Source: Actinomycetes bacterium
GTDB lineage: Bacteria; Actinomycetota; Acidimicrobiia; Acidimicrobiales; JAKAVM01
Assembly: GCA_021827485.1 (NCBI GenBank)
Contig: JAKAVM010000067.1
Span: forward strand, 1 to 61,857
Direction of reading: 5' to 3'
Length of the DNA: 61,857 nt
The number at the start of each line of letters is the position of its first letter. The first letter of the stretch is position 1. Positions 18,765 through 28,657 of the stretch are shown in pieces. A model generated the notes under the pieces. That model was not told the DNA's origin. It did no database searches and worked only from the letters and a program-made list of their open reading frames with translations. Made by a program: the position numbers and the translations under genes.

Positions 18765-19781
18765 TCAGCTTAATGTTGAGCTTTCAAACCATTGGTTAGT
18801 CGATTGGTAAAGGACAAGAGCAACCTCATCGGAACCACTTCCTATCAGTAGCATGGAAGGAACCTCCAGATGCACCGCTGGCATACGAGTTTCTCTCAGA
18901 ATTGGAGTTGCCATTCCGACAGTGCTCGTGTCTACTGCTCGCTTTCCCAATGCTTGAAAGTTGCTTTCAATTAGCAGAGCCAAAGACTTACCACTCGATG
19001 ATACATAACGGAAACCTGAGTAATAAGCAATGGTAAAGGTGTCATTTAGGCTTGCACTTTCTAGAGAAATAACAACTGACGAGCCACCCTTATTTGCTCG
19101 CTCGGAGGCTCTTGAGGAGTCGCTGGGCTCAAGAAGAACTATCTCAATTTGCGTTCCAGTATGTTCCCAGAGGTTGCCAAGGTTTCGTGCTAATTCAGTG
19201 ACATTTTGAGTCGCTGCAATGACAATTTTTCGCTCACTCTCCTTGTCTGAGAGTGTTCGTAGAGACTCTTGTTCCTTGATGCTTCCAAGTGAAGTGGCGG
19301 AAGACAGATGGCTCTGTGGCCGAAGCCCTAGCTGGTCGAAGGCAGCAGCGGTATTTTTTCCAAAGATTCCATCAGGTGAAAGACCGGAGTTTCTTTGAAA
19401 ACCCGTTAAAGCAGCTTCAGTTAATGGACCAAAAATTCCGTCGACTTTACCTGAATCAAATCCAAGCGCATTAAGACGGGTCTGGAGGTGAGCAATATCA
19501 TCCCCACGCATAAAAGGGTTTCTGAGTGCCAGCAGCCGGTCTCCAAGGATATGTTGAGTTTCTTCTAAGGCAGCCCAAGTTTGGCGGCCACAAATACCAT
19601 CTACCCGCAGTCCCCGCATTTTTTGGAAATTTTCGACAGCAATTCGGAGGCCTTCATCAAAGGTTTCGGATGTCAGGCTACCAATCATCAGACCGACTCG
19701 TGCCAGTTCAACTCGGAGAGCAAGAACTGCCTTATCCGTTGAACCTATCCTAAGAACTGGCAAGTGGTTCTCTTTATTCAT
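18765..19781 (-). CDS. cwlM: CwlM-like protein: two PG_binding_1 repeats plus a degenerate amidase_3 (MurNAc-LAA) domain
   Basis: 338 aa. Two peptidoglycan-binding repeats (FQKMRGLRVDGICGRQTWAAL and FQRNSGLSPDGIFGKNTAAAF). The C-terminal amidase_3-like region has ISLESA where ISxHAx is expected, then LRETRMPAVHLEV. It lies next to trxA and trxB, as in M. tuberculosis. Confidence 0.7.
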   Translation of the reverse strand: MNKENHLPVLRIGSTDKAVLALRVELARVGLMIGSLTSETFDEGLRIAVENFQKMRGLRVDGICGRQTWAALEETQHILGDRLLALRNPFMRGDDIAHLQTRLNALGFDSGKVDGIFGPLTEAALTGFQRNSGLSPDGIFGKNTAAAFDQLGLRPQSHLSSATSLGSIKEQESLRTLSDKESERKIVIAATQNVTELARNLGNLWEHTGTQIEIVLLEPSDSSRASERANKGGSSVVISLESASLNDTFTIAYYSGFRYVSSSGKSLALLIESNFQALGKRAVDTSTVGMATPILRETRMPAVHLEVPSMLLIGSGSDEVALVLYQSTNQWFESSTLS

Positions 19782-19803
19782 ATGTAATGCTTACACTACA
19801 TTG

Positions 19804-20130
19804 CTAAAGATGCTCTTCCAAGTCTTCCAGAAGTTGCCTTTTTGGTTTAGCCCCTACGAACCGTGCCACCGGTGAGCCATCTCTAAACAAGATTAAAGTT
19901 GGTATGCTCATCACTTCGAATCGTCTTTGAGTTTCAGGATTCTCATCGACATTGAGCTTTGCAACTCTAAGGCGATGTGACTCTTCTTGGGCAATCTCGT
20001 CTACTATCGGTGATAGTTTCTTGCAGGGACCGCACCACTCAGCCCAGAAATCTACCAATATGGGTACTTCCGATGAGAGTATTTCTTCGTCGAATTGGGA
20101 GTCGTTCAAAGTGATAACTGATTCAGACAT
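19804..20130 (-). CDS. trxA: Thioredoxin
   Basis: WCGPC active site. I prefer the ATG at MSESVITL (20130) because AAGGAG lies 6 nt upstream. The track ORF starts at TTG 20145. Confidence 0.93.
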   Translation of the reverse strand: MSESVITLNDSQFDEEILSSEVPILVDFWAEWCGPCKKLSPIVDEIAQEESHRLRVAKLNVDENPETQRRFEVMSIPTLILFRDGSPVARFVGAKPKRQLLEDLEEHL

Positions 20131-20253
20131 TTCTTTCTCCTTCAATTTATTTGTGATTTAACCTATTTGTGCAGCTCTTGGTTGCGGCGGCCTTGACCCC
20201 TCGCTCAAGGAAGGAGATTTCAGCCCCCGTTCAGTCAATCAAGCCTACTATTT

Positions 20254-21201
20254 TTACTCTCGCTCAGCTATCCATCGCTCTGCATCGATTGCGGCCATAC
20301 AGCCTGAACCAGCCGATGTAATAGCTTGACGATATACTCGGTCTTGTACGTCTCCCGCAGCAAAGATCCCAGGAATATTAGTTTGAGTTCCATTTCGTGT
20401 TACGATATATCCTGTCTCATCCATTTCTATCTTGTCACGAAAGATTTCAGTATTTGGTATATGTCCTATTGCGACAAATAATCCTTGAATAGATAAATGA
20501 GTCGTATTATGAGATTCAGTGTCAGATAACTCTACTCCAGTAAGAGAAGCGTCCCCGTAAATCTTAGAGACCACACTATTCCAATGGGGAATAATCTTCT
20601 CGTTCTCTAAAGCTCGCTTTTGCATGATCTTAGAAGCACGAAGTTCGTTACGGCGATGAACTAAGTGAACTTTCTTAGCAAAACGAGTAAGAAATAGTGC
20701 CTCTTCTAAAGCAGAATCGCCGCCACCTACAACAGCTATTTCCATATCTCGAAAGAAGAAGCCGTCACAGGTTGCACAAGTTGAAACACCGTGGCCAAGT
20801 AGCTCTGCCTCTCGATCAATGCCCAACATCAAGGGTTTTGCTCCCGTAGCAATAATCAGAGATTTCGCTCGTAGGATAGAGGATGAACCCGAAATCTCTA
20901 GCTCAAATGGGCTAGATGAATTTAGGATAGAAGAAACCTTACCGGGTTGGAATTCAGCCCCAAAACGCTGTGCTTGTTGTCGAAAAATGTCCATAAGTTC
21001 TGGCCCCATAATTCCTTCGACAAAACCCGGGTAGTTCTCGACTTCAGTCGTAAGCATTAGTTGTCCGCCAGGTTGATCACTGGTTGATGAAGGTTCGCCC
21101 TCAATGATAAGAGGCGCTAGTTGGGCGCGCGCTGCATAAATCGCTGAAGTTAACCCAGCAGGACCTGAACCGATAATTATCAAATCACGCTGGTTAGACA
21201 T
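20254..21201 (-). CDS. trxB: Thioredoxin-disulfide reductase
   Basis: 315 aa. FAD motif IIGSGPAG, redox CATCDG, and NADPH motif VVGGGDSA. Confidence 0.95.
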   Translation of the reverse strand: MSNQRDLIIIGSGPAGLTSAIYAARAQLAPLIIEGEPSSTSDQPGGQLMLTTEVENYPGFVEGIMGPELMDIFRQQAQRFGAEFQPGKVSSILNSSSPFELEISGSSSILRAKSLIIATGAKPLMLGIDREAELLGHGVSTCATCDGFFFRDMEIAVVGGGDSALEEALFLTRFAKKVHLVHRRNELRASKIMQKRALENEKIIPHWNSVVSKIYGDASLTGVELSDTESHNTTHLSIQGLFVAIGHIPNTEIFRDKIEMDETGYIVTRNGTQTNIPGIFAAGDVQDRVYRQAITSAGSGCMAAIDAERWIAERE

Positions 21202-21222
21202 TTCTTGAAACCACTTTCAAAC

Positions 21223-21552
21223 TTAGTTGGTTGGATACGTTCTCTTTGACCAAATCAACAAGCCTAGTAACGTAAAAATTCCTCCAATTGCTAAATATCC
21301 TATCCATACTTGTGAAGGTACCAAATATACGTCGATTATCCGCAAACCTGAAATAGATAAAAGCGCGCATGTCAAGATTAAACTGGTCATGATTAGTATT
21401 CCATATACAACTATCGACACAATCAACTTCATTGGCCTAAGCGCTTTGGAGTCGACTGTTTTGAGCAGTTCTTCCAACTTATCGGCAAAACGGTCTTGCC
21501 ATGAAGACTCTGGCAGCGGGCTTAAGGATTTAGGAAACTCAGATTGAGACAT
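21223..21552 (-). CDS. Small membrane protein of unknown function (2-3 TM)
   Basis: 109 aa. Hydrophobic spans LIVSIVVYGILIMTSLILTCALLSI and VWIGYLAIGGIFTLLGLLIW. It is co-directional with its neighbours. The same-size plus-strand ORF (21227-21547) looks like an antisense artefact. Confidence 0.5.
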   Translation of the reverse strand: MSQSEFPKSLSPLPESSWQDRFADKLEELLKTVDSKALRPMKLIVSIVVYGILIMTSLILTCALLSISGLRIIDVYLVPSQVWIGYLAIGGIFTLLGLLIWSKRTYPTN

Positions 21553-21593
21553 TGGTTACAAGGCTAGTTCATAATAGGGCCGGGTGTGGAAGT

Positions 21594-22223
21594 CTAAGTG
21601 TTGAAAATTGAAATCGTTTCCAAGGAGCAGTTTGATTTTGTCAAGAAAATGGCTAGTAATTGGCCTTGAGGGACAATGTTGTTTGATTGCTTGGTAATAG
21701 GCTTGATGCTTGTTTGAGTAGGTTGTCTTGGACTGACTAGCCCCTTATAGTGTTGAGCCTTAGTAGGAATCAGACTCGGTCTAAGTCTATAGACGTAGAT
21801 CAATGACGGTACTGTTTTCCAGTTTGCATAAGCTAAATAATAAAAACTTGTTGCATCATTTCCCACATCATGAAGTGCTGTAGCGTAACACCGACTCTCA
21901 GCTTGAATAGGCAATTTACCCACTAGGGTGAAACTACTAACGCTCATTCCTTCCAATAGTTTTGTAACTGTTCCACGCATCGAAAACTTAGCCGGTATTC
22001 CCAACGGCAACTTAGTACGTCCAATTGCTAGTTGTACTTTTTGCTCTAAAACTTGGGGCGAATTCAGATTTTGAATCTCGCCTTCTGAGAGCACGTATCT
22101 GGTCTGTGGGCCAGACGATTCTCTTATCAATACTATGGCACCTCCAGCAATTATCGACACGATAATCACTCCAATTAATGTGTATCGATATTTTAGAGAT
22201 TTATGTGAACGATTGGATGGCAA
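21594..22223 (-). CDS. Hypothetical protein with one N-terminal TM anchor
   Basis: 209 aa. TM segment YTLIGVIIVSIIAGGAIVLI, followed by an extracytoplasmic domain with no motif I recognise. Confidence 0.5.
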   Translation of the reverse strand: MPSNRSHKSLKYRYTLIGVIIVSIIAGGAIVLIRESSGPQTRYVLSEGEIQNLNSPQVLEQKVQLAIGRTKLPLGIPAKFSMRGTVTKLLEGMSVSSFTLVGKLPIQAESRCYATALHDVGNDATSFYYLAYANWKTVPSLIYVYRLRPSLIPTKAQHYKGLVSPRQPTQTSIKPITKQSNNIVPQGQLLAIFLTKSNCSLETISIFNT

Positions 22224-22287
22224 ACCTATCTCAATCTCATTTCTGAATCAGAGAAAGATGCTTATACAATAGAAAATACTGCTCGAG

Positions 22288-23121
22288 TTAGCTTGAAGCA
22301 ACCATTGCGATGGTTCCAGGCCCGACGTGAGTACCTAATACAGCTCCCATTTCAGAAACTATAATTTCTGCTTGGGTAAAGTCATTTCTGACTTTGTCTA
22401 GGAATTGGTCGATATCACTTGCTTGAGCATGAGCAATTCCAATCTGGTTTACTCCATTTACTTCTCGCATAACTTCAATTAGATGATTAAGCGCCTTCGA
22501 CCGAGTGCGCTGGCGGGATTCAGCCTCAACCTTACCGTTGATAATCTGAACCACTGGCTTTATTGAAAGCACCGAGCCCAGAAATGCTTGAGCACTACCT
22601 ATCCTCCCACCCTTCTTTAGATTCTCCAGTGTATCCAGCGTTCCGAGAGCTATAATCTTAGAGATGGAGTCCCTGGCTTGTTGTATGACGGTTTCAAAGT
22701 TATCCTGCTTTGCGGATCGAGCCGCACGAACTACTATAAGTCCTAATGCGATTGTTACTTGACGTGAATCTATTACTTCAATAGGAATTGTCAATCCCGA
22801 ATCTTTTGATGCCGTCATGGCCGATTGATAAGTAGCCGATAGTTCGGATGAAATTGTAAGGCATAAGATTGCCTCATAGCCATTACTGGCGCATTGTTGG
22901 AAGACTTGGAGAAAGTCCCCGGGAGATGGAGCAGCTGTCTCGGGAAGGGAATTTGAGAGGCGCGACTTGTTCCAAAATTCTTTAGTACTGAGATCAACTT
23001 TGTCTATAAACTCATTACCATCAATTCGTATTTTTAGAGGAACAACGTGAATATCTAATTCAGTCAGTAGATCATCCGGAAGATCACACGAACTGTCAGT
23101 TATTATTGCGATTTTTGCCAC
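22288..23121 (-). CDS. DegV-family fatty-acid-binding protein
   Basis: 277 aa. N-terminal IAIITDSSCDLP and the overall DegV pattern (ETAAPSPGDF ... GTHVGPG). Confidence 0.85.
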   Translation of the reverse strand: MAKIAIITDSSCDLPDDLLTELDIHVVPLKIRIDGNEFIDKVDLSTKEFWNKSRLSNSLPETAAPSPGDFLQVFQQCASNGYEAILCLTISSELSATYQSAMTASKDSGLTIPIEVIDSRQVTIALGLIVVRAARSAKQDNFETVIQQARDSISKIIALGTLDTLENLKKGGRIGSAQAFLGSVLSIKPVVQIINGKVEAESRQRTRSKALNHLIEVMREVNGVNQIGIAHAQASDIDQFLDKVRNDFTQAEIIVSEMGAVLGTHVGPGTIAMVASS

Positions 23122-23147
23122 CTGATCTCCTTGACCTTGAAAATAAG

Positions 23148-24743
23148 TTATCTTTGGGAAGAGTTTAGCGCTTTTACTATACCAACCCAGGTTGTTAATG
23201 CCATTACAACTATAGCCACAAGACCAGTGACAACTACCTTGAAAAGCAGGCCAATTCCACTTTGGTGACCAATTAGTTCTTCGACAGTGAAAGACAAAAC
23301 TCCAGCTAAACTAGTCATAGTAAAGACTCTTACAAACGAAGAAGTTATTCTTGTCAGGTCCAATCCGTCGAGAGGGATTGAAAGTTGTACATAGCCGACA
23401 ATGGCACTCAAGCTATAAGCAAGTGACATTGAGAGAGCGAGACCTTCGACTCCCCAAGGCCCCACGAACGCAAGTGCAAGAATAGCATTGATAGCATTCT
23501 CTAAAATATATAACCAAAAAACTGACTTCGTATCTTGCATCGTCTGAAAAGCTCTAACAATATATAAGTACCAGCAAAAACCTGGAAGTCCGAGTGCAAA
23601 CATAGTGAGTGACCCACTGATCGGTATAGTTTCCTGAGCATTGGCTGATCCGTGTCCTAGCAATAATGCGATCAAAGGCTGGGAGAGTACTAGGAGCATT
23701 ACTGTTGCCGGAATTACAACCGTATTAATTGCTCGCAATCCTGAGATAAGACGAGCTTTAAACATTGCAGTATTACGTTGCGTCCAGGATAGTGCCATCT
23801 GAGGTTGAACGGCGCTCATGATAGAAACAACAGCTACTCCATAAGGTAATTGAAAAAAGGAAAATGCATTAGAATATGCAGTTACTCCACCTCGACCAGA
23901 ATGTACAGCTAAAGCGAGAATCAAGAAATAAGTCACTTGATTGGCAATGACAAATCCAACGGTCCAACTCGAGAGAGTAATCACGCGACGTACTACAGGA
24001 TGATGTGGCTGCCACACCCACTTTAACTTCAAGTTGATCTTCTTCATATATGGAAGCAAAAAAGCAAATTGAGCAAACACACCAAGCGTCGTACCAAGGC
24101 CGAGGATTAGCTCGAAAGAAAGATGAGACTTGGTAAATCCAATTGACGGATTCTTGAATTGAATTGAAACAAAACCTAACATCACAATGCAGATGAGATT
24201 ATTTATTATCGGCACATACATTGGTGGTGAAAAAATAGATCTAGAGTTGAGTATTGCTGATATCAATGAGCAAAATCCGTAAAAAGCGATCTGCGGTGCA
24301 AAGCATCTAAGTAATAAGATAGAGACCTGTCGTACTGCAAGTAATTGTGGACCACCAGATCCAACTGTATATAAATCAATAATCCAAGGTGCAAATATAA
24401 TGGTAAGAAGCGAAGCTGCTATCAATATAACTACTGATACTGTAACAATTGCAGAGATCGCATCTTTGTTCAGCTCCTTCGAACTTTGCCGACCGTTTCC
24501 ATGGAGTGCTTCCACAAAAATTGGAATAAGTGTGGCCGAAAAAATCCCACCTAGAACCAAGTCGTAGATTATGTTGGGTGTATTGTTGGCTAAGTTGTAC
24601 GCATCCGATACGTGATTTATTCCGAGAGCGTAGGTTAAAGCAAATAGACGGAATAGTCCGGTAATTCGTGATAATAACGTACCGAAAGCCATTCGCGGGA
24701 CAGTAGTTCTTGCTGGATCAAATGGAACTGTGCGCTCACTCAT
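23148..24743 (-). CDS. murJ: Lipid II flippase MurJ/MviN
   Basis: 531 aa, about 14 TM segments, with an N-terminal MurJ-like region LSRITGLFRLFALTYALG. It overlaps the upstream DUF6049-like gene by 4 nt, as for the M. tuberculosis Rv3909-Rv3910 pair. Confidence 0.88.
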   Translation of the reverse strand: MSERTVPFDPARTTVPRMAFGTLLSRITGLFRLFALTYALGINHVSDAYNLANNTPNIIYDLVLGGIFSATLIPIFVEALHGNGRQSSKELNKDAISAIVTVSVVILIAASLLTIIFAPWIIDLYTVGSGGPQLLAVRQVSILLLRCFAPQIAFYGFCSLISAILNSRSIFSPPMYVPIINNLICIVMLGFVSIQFKNPSIGFTKSHLSFELILGLGTTLGVFAQFAFLLPYMKKINLKLKWVWQPHHPVVRRVITLSSWTVGFVIANQVTYFLILALAVHSGRGGVTAYSNAFSFFQLPYGVAVVSIMSAVQPQMALSWTQRNTAMFKARLISGLRAINTVVIPATVMLLVLSQPLIALLLGHGSANAQETIPISGSLTMFALGLPGFCWYLYIVRAFQTMQDTKSVFWLYILENAINAILALAFVGPWGVEGLALSMSLAYSLSAIVGYVQLSIPLDGLDLTRITSSFVRVFTMTSLAGVLSFTVEELIGHQSGIGLLFKVVVTGLVAIVVMALTTWVGIVKALNSSQR

Positions 24744-27031
24744 CTATGTTGGCGCTCCTTGCGCGACTTTGCAACTGATTTCAACCACCATAAGATGAGA
24801 AATCCTATGGCCGCGCAAGTAAGAAAGATTGCGGCACCGGAAAATGCAGTTGAGCGAACGGTATATAGCTTCGTGGAGAACGTGTATCTATAACGTGGAG
24901 CAAGAATAGATACTCTGACCGGAAAGACTCCTGGTGACTTTGTGGTGACTCGAAATGATTCAGTGGTAGATCTACTGCTAACTTGCAGGAATTTATCTGA
25001 ACCCGATGGGAAACCAAGCTTATCGCTGCGCACAGCAATTTCGATCCGAACTGGGGTCGACGAGCTAGAAGAAATAGCAATTGGCAGGGTTCCACTCTGG
25101 GACGTAAGGGTTATGACGTCTGATCCCGTCAATGCAATTGTTGAAGCTAACTTGGAAATTTGAAACCTTGCTTGTTGCAGCCATGAATTTCTCTCAGAGT
25201 CAGTGATAGCTGAGGTTTGGCTGGTTAGGATCGTTTCATTTAGCTTCGTGATCTGGATCTTCGAACTTCCAAAGGAACTTTGTAAAGCCAACTGATCTTG
25301 TCGGAGTTGCCGAATGGTTGATGTAGAAATTATTGGCGGTTTCGTACTCGGTGATAAGGATCGTGAACTGAGAAAGCTAACGGTACTTGGATTTTCAAAC
25401 TGTCCAAAGTAGTTGTTGAGGGTAATTGGGACAATTACAGGATTGTTTTCTAAGATTTGAACGAGGGTTACTATTGCTGTCGGACTTAGTGCGAGTTGCG
25501 AGTAAGTGTTCAGAATGACGGCTCTGGGAGGTTTAGTTTGATTGGGCTCGTCTGCCCAGATCTGAACCAAGTCCGCAAAAATTCGATGAGCTTGTAGGAC
25601 CGGGTCACTAGTACTTGTTATATCATTTATAAGTCCCGGATCTGATACCCCTACGATTGTCTGTGGTTTGTCACTATTTGAGAGGATCCACGGCTGGGTA
25701 GGGGTCAAACTTTCGCTTTCGTAGCTTAGAGAACTAGGTGGAAGAACGTAATTCTGAAATCCATATTGCTGAAGAAAACTTTCGGCAGGCCTCGTTAATG
25801 GATCACTGGATACCCACAACTCCGAGCTGGATTTTTGGTGGTCAAAGGAGTTCAAGATTTGTGAACCAACTTGGAGTTGCATCTTAGCTTCTTGGAGTAA
25901 ATTTGAACTAACCAGAGATGCTATATTGATCGGCACGTAGCTAAGGGGAAGGAGTTCGCGAGTATTTGATTGATTGCTAGATTGACGGACTGGACCAGAT
26001 GATCCGCCAGACGAACCGCCAGACGATCCACCAGAAGCAATGACACTTTGTGCACTGGCGATTGTTGTAGTTGTTGAAGGTGGCGATTGAATATTTTGGA
26101 TGCCTCCCAATTGAGTTCTAAGTGTCGCCAAGAGTTGTTTGGAAGCTGTGTCAGCTGATTCCAGCGTTTCCAGAACTTTAGGTTCAAATGCTAAAGTCAA
26201 GGGAACTTGAGGATAGTCGTTTATGGTTCCGAGCGTTCGTATAAGTTGAGCCAGCTCTTTATTAATCGTTGGATTTGTAGATGAAGAAGCGAAATCGCTT
26301 GGCTTTAGGATCAGGGGTATTATCCATGCTAGGCCCAGCTTGTCTAGTGAATTTGTATTTTGAAAGTACACCATTTGCGTAAGAAGACTATAAAGGGTCT
26401 TGCCGCTAGACTGAGAGGAAATTACTATCTCAACAGGATATACACCAGTGCAGCCGCTGGGAGGGCAGTGAATTAGATATATATACGGAACACTTGGTGA
26501 AGGCTGACTTGACGGGTTGACTTCAAAAGAGAAAGTTGGTTCCATATTTCCCGTAGACGTAATAAAGGATTTTTGAGATTGATTCAAACTAGCCTGCGTC
26601 TGAACTGTGCTTGAAGTAAGGCTTGTGGGCTCGAGGGAGGCCAGAGGTACAGGCGGAAATGACTTTAGTACTTCTCCTAAGTGGTCCTGCAACGAAGCTG
26701 CAAAGGCACTTCTACTATTGAGCTTATTATAGAGCACGACTCTCATCTGGTATTGGCTACTATTAATGGCCTCTGGGACCGATACTGTTAAGGAAAAGCT
26801 CTCACCATTCGTAACCCACGGTGATTGTTGGATCAGATTTATGGTATTCAAATTTGATTTGCTAATCCCCCTGGCACTAGCGGTCTCCATAAATGAAAAT
26901 GACATCAAAAATATGATCGAAAGCAGGCAACCAAACACTAAGTGACTTTTTGCCCAAGACAATATTCCAGAATTGCTATGCGTGAAATTATTTACGTTAT
27001 ATTCCGACATGGTTTTCCGGGGTTCAATCAC
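24740..27031 (-). CDS. Large secreted/membrane-anchored Ser/Thr/Pro-rich protein (DUF6049-like, Rv3909 position)
   Basis: 763 aa. N-terminal signal/TM, C-terminal TM (AIFLTCAAIGFLILWW) and an internal GGSSGGSSGGSSG linker. The family assignment rests on position upstream of murJ plus architecture, not on motifs. Confidence 0.6.
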   Translation of the reverse strand: MIEPRKTMSEYNVNNFTHSNSGILSWAKSHLVFGCLLSIIFLMSFSFMETASARGISKSNLNTINLIQQSPWVTNGESFSLTVSVPEAINSSQYQMRVVLYNKLNSRSAFAASLQDHLGEVLKSFPPVPLASLEPTSLTSSTVQTQASLNQSQKSFITSTGNMEPTFSFEVNPSSQPSPSVPYIYLIHCPPSGCTGVYPVEIVISSQSSGKTLYSLLTQMVYFQNTNSLDKLGLAWIIPLILKPSDFASSSTNPTINKELAQLIRTLGTINDYPQVPLTLAFEPKVLETLESADTASKQLLATLRTQLGGIQNIQSPPSTTTTIASAQSVIASGGSSGGSSGGSSGPVRQSSNQSNTRELLPLSYVPINIASLVSSNLLQEAKMQLQVGSQILNSFDHQKSSSELWVSSDPLTRPAESFLQQYGFQNYVLPPSSLSYESESLTPTQPWILSNSDKPQTIVGVSDPGLINDITSTSDPVLQAHRIFADLVQIWADEPNQTKPPRAVILNTYSQLALSPTAIVTLVQILENNPVIVPITLNNYFGQFENPSTVSFLSSRSLSPSTKPPIISTSTIRQLRQDQLALQSSFGSSKIQITKLNETILTSQTSAITDSERNSWLQQARFQISKLASTIALTGSDVITLTSQSGTLPIAISSSSSTPVRIEIAVRSDKLGFPSGSDKFLQVSSRSTTESFRVTTKSPGVFPVRVSILAPRYRYTFSTKLYTVRSTAFSGAAIFLTCAAIGFLILWWLKSVAKSRKERQHR

Positions 27032-27086
27032 CTACATTACCCGTTGCATTCGATTGAGTAGGCAATACCGTAATAGCCTATATAAT

Positions 27087-28652
27087 ATGTCTGGCGGTCA
27101 CGAATCAATGAACGAACTCTCCGATCTTCAACAAATCCCACTTCGTTTTAGGCAGTTAAGGCAGCAAATTGATGTATTGATCGACAAGTTCGAAGGATCT
27201 GGCCATAAAATTTATTTGGTTGGCGGAAGTGTTCGAGATTTGCTCTTTGATCTCAAGATCAGATCTTCAAACTCTTCTTTGGATGGGGAAGAAGCAGAGT
27301 TTGAAAAGCCTGGAAACGATGATTCTAGCAGCGGATCTCTTGAGCTGAACTCGTATCAAGAAATAGATGGGCAAGACCGGCTCAGCCGACTCCAAGTGTC
27401 GCTTCCAGATTTCGATTTCACAACAGACGCGAGCCCAGATGCTACCGAAGAACTCCTTGCCTCATTGAGAGTGCCAATCTGGACCCAAGGAAAACGTTTT
27501 GGAACTATAGGATGTATCTACAACAATATTAGATGTGAAATTACTACCCATAGGTCAGAGTTCTACCATGAGGATTCCAGAAAACCTCAAGTTTCTTTTT
27601 CTCCTGCAATTGAACAAGATCTATCCCGACGCGATTTTACAATTAATTCATTGGCGCTGAAACTTCCGGAACTTGAACTAGTGGATCCCTTTGGGGGAGT
27701 TACTGATCTGATTAATCACAAACTCAGAACTCCCCTTCAGGCAACCGAATCTTTCAGCGATGATCCACTTAGAATGTTGAGAGCTGCAAGATTTATAGCT
27801 AAAGGTTTTGAACCAAGCTCTGAAATTGTCGAGGCAGTCTCACAACTCAAGGAAAGACTCTCGATAGTTTCGCGTGAGAGAATCAGAGATGAATTAGACA
27901 AGCTAATGATTGAGCCCGATCCAAGTTCAGGGCTCTGGTTCTTGATTGAAACAGAACTTGCAAATCAATTTATCCCAGAACTTCCTGCACTTGCGTTAGA
28001 GCAGGATCCAGTTCATCGGCACAAAGACGTGTTAGCACACACGATTGCGGTAGTTGCTAAGACTCGGCCCGATAAGATTCTGCGTTTAGCAGCGCTTTTT
28101 CATGATATAGGAAAGCCTTCGACTAGAACGATTGGGGAAAATGGAGCCTCCTTTCACTTTCATGACGTCGTTGGGGCGAAAATGACGCGTAAACGAATGA
28201 GAGAGCTGCGATACTCCCAGAATGATATTGAAGACGTTACTACTCTCGTGGAACTTCATCTGCGTTTCCATACCTATCGTCTAGGTTGGACCGATTCAGC
28301 GGTTAGAAGATATGTGAGAGATGCGGGTAAACATTTGGACCGACTAAATGAGCTCACCCGTTGCGACTGTACTACTAGAAATCAATCTAAGGCGCGAGAC
28401 CTTTCAAATAGGATGGATGAACTTGAACTAAGAATTGCTCAACTGAAGGAAAAAGAAGAACTGGATGCAATCAAGCCCGATCTAACGGGTAACGATATTA
28501 TGGATATTTTAAAATTAGAGCCGGGTCCCCAAGTCGGTAAGGCGCTAAGTTTCATGCTAGAACTGCGTCTAACGGAAGGGCCACTAGATCACGATGTAGC
28601 AAGCAAACGATTGCTCGATTGGTGGTCCTCTGAAAGAACCGAATCTACATAA
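27087..28652 (+). CDS. cca: CCA tRNA nucleotidyltransferase / poly(A) polymerase family with an HD domain
   Basis: YLVGGSVRDLL nucleotidyltransferase motif, RRDFTINSLA, and HD motif LFHDIGKP. The start is uncertain: ATG 27087 (directly preceded by TATAAT), ATG 27108, or the track start 26973, which overlaps the divergent gene. Confidence 0.88.
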   Translation: MSGGHESMNELSDLQQIPLRFRQLRQQIDVLIDKFEGSGHKIYLVGGSVRDLLFDLKIRSSNSSLDGEEAEFEKPGNDDSSSGSLELNSYQEIDGQDRLSRLQVSLPDFDFTTDASPDATEELLASLRVPIWTQGKRFGTIGCIYNNIRCEITTHRSEFYHEDSRKPQVSFSPAIEQDLSRRDFTINSLALKLPELELVDPFGGVTDLINHKLRTPLQATESFSDDPLRMLRAARFIAKGFEPSSEIVEAVSQLKERLSIVSRERIRDELDKLMIEPDPSSGLWFLIETELANQFIPELPALALEQDPVHRHKDVLAHTIAVVAKTRPDKILRLAALFHDIGKPSTRTIGENGASFHFHDVVGAKMTRKRMRELRYSQNDIEDVTTLVELHLRFHTYRLGWTDSAVRRYVRDAGKHLDRLNELTRCDCTTRNQSKARDLSNRMDELELRIAQLKEKEELDAIKPDLTGNDIMDILKLEPGPQVGKALSFMLELRLTEGPLDHDVASKRLLDWWSSERTEST

Positions 28653-28657
28653 ATCAA

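Noticed and set aside
20190-20215. Hairpin CCTTGA-cccctcgc-TCAAGG preceded by GGTTGCGGCGG in the trxB-trxA spacer, considered as an inverted copy of the TGGGTTGC element
   Set aside because: Neither orientation aligns with the element consensus beyond the hexamer GGTTGC. It is probably just an intercistronic stem-loop.
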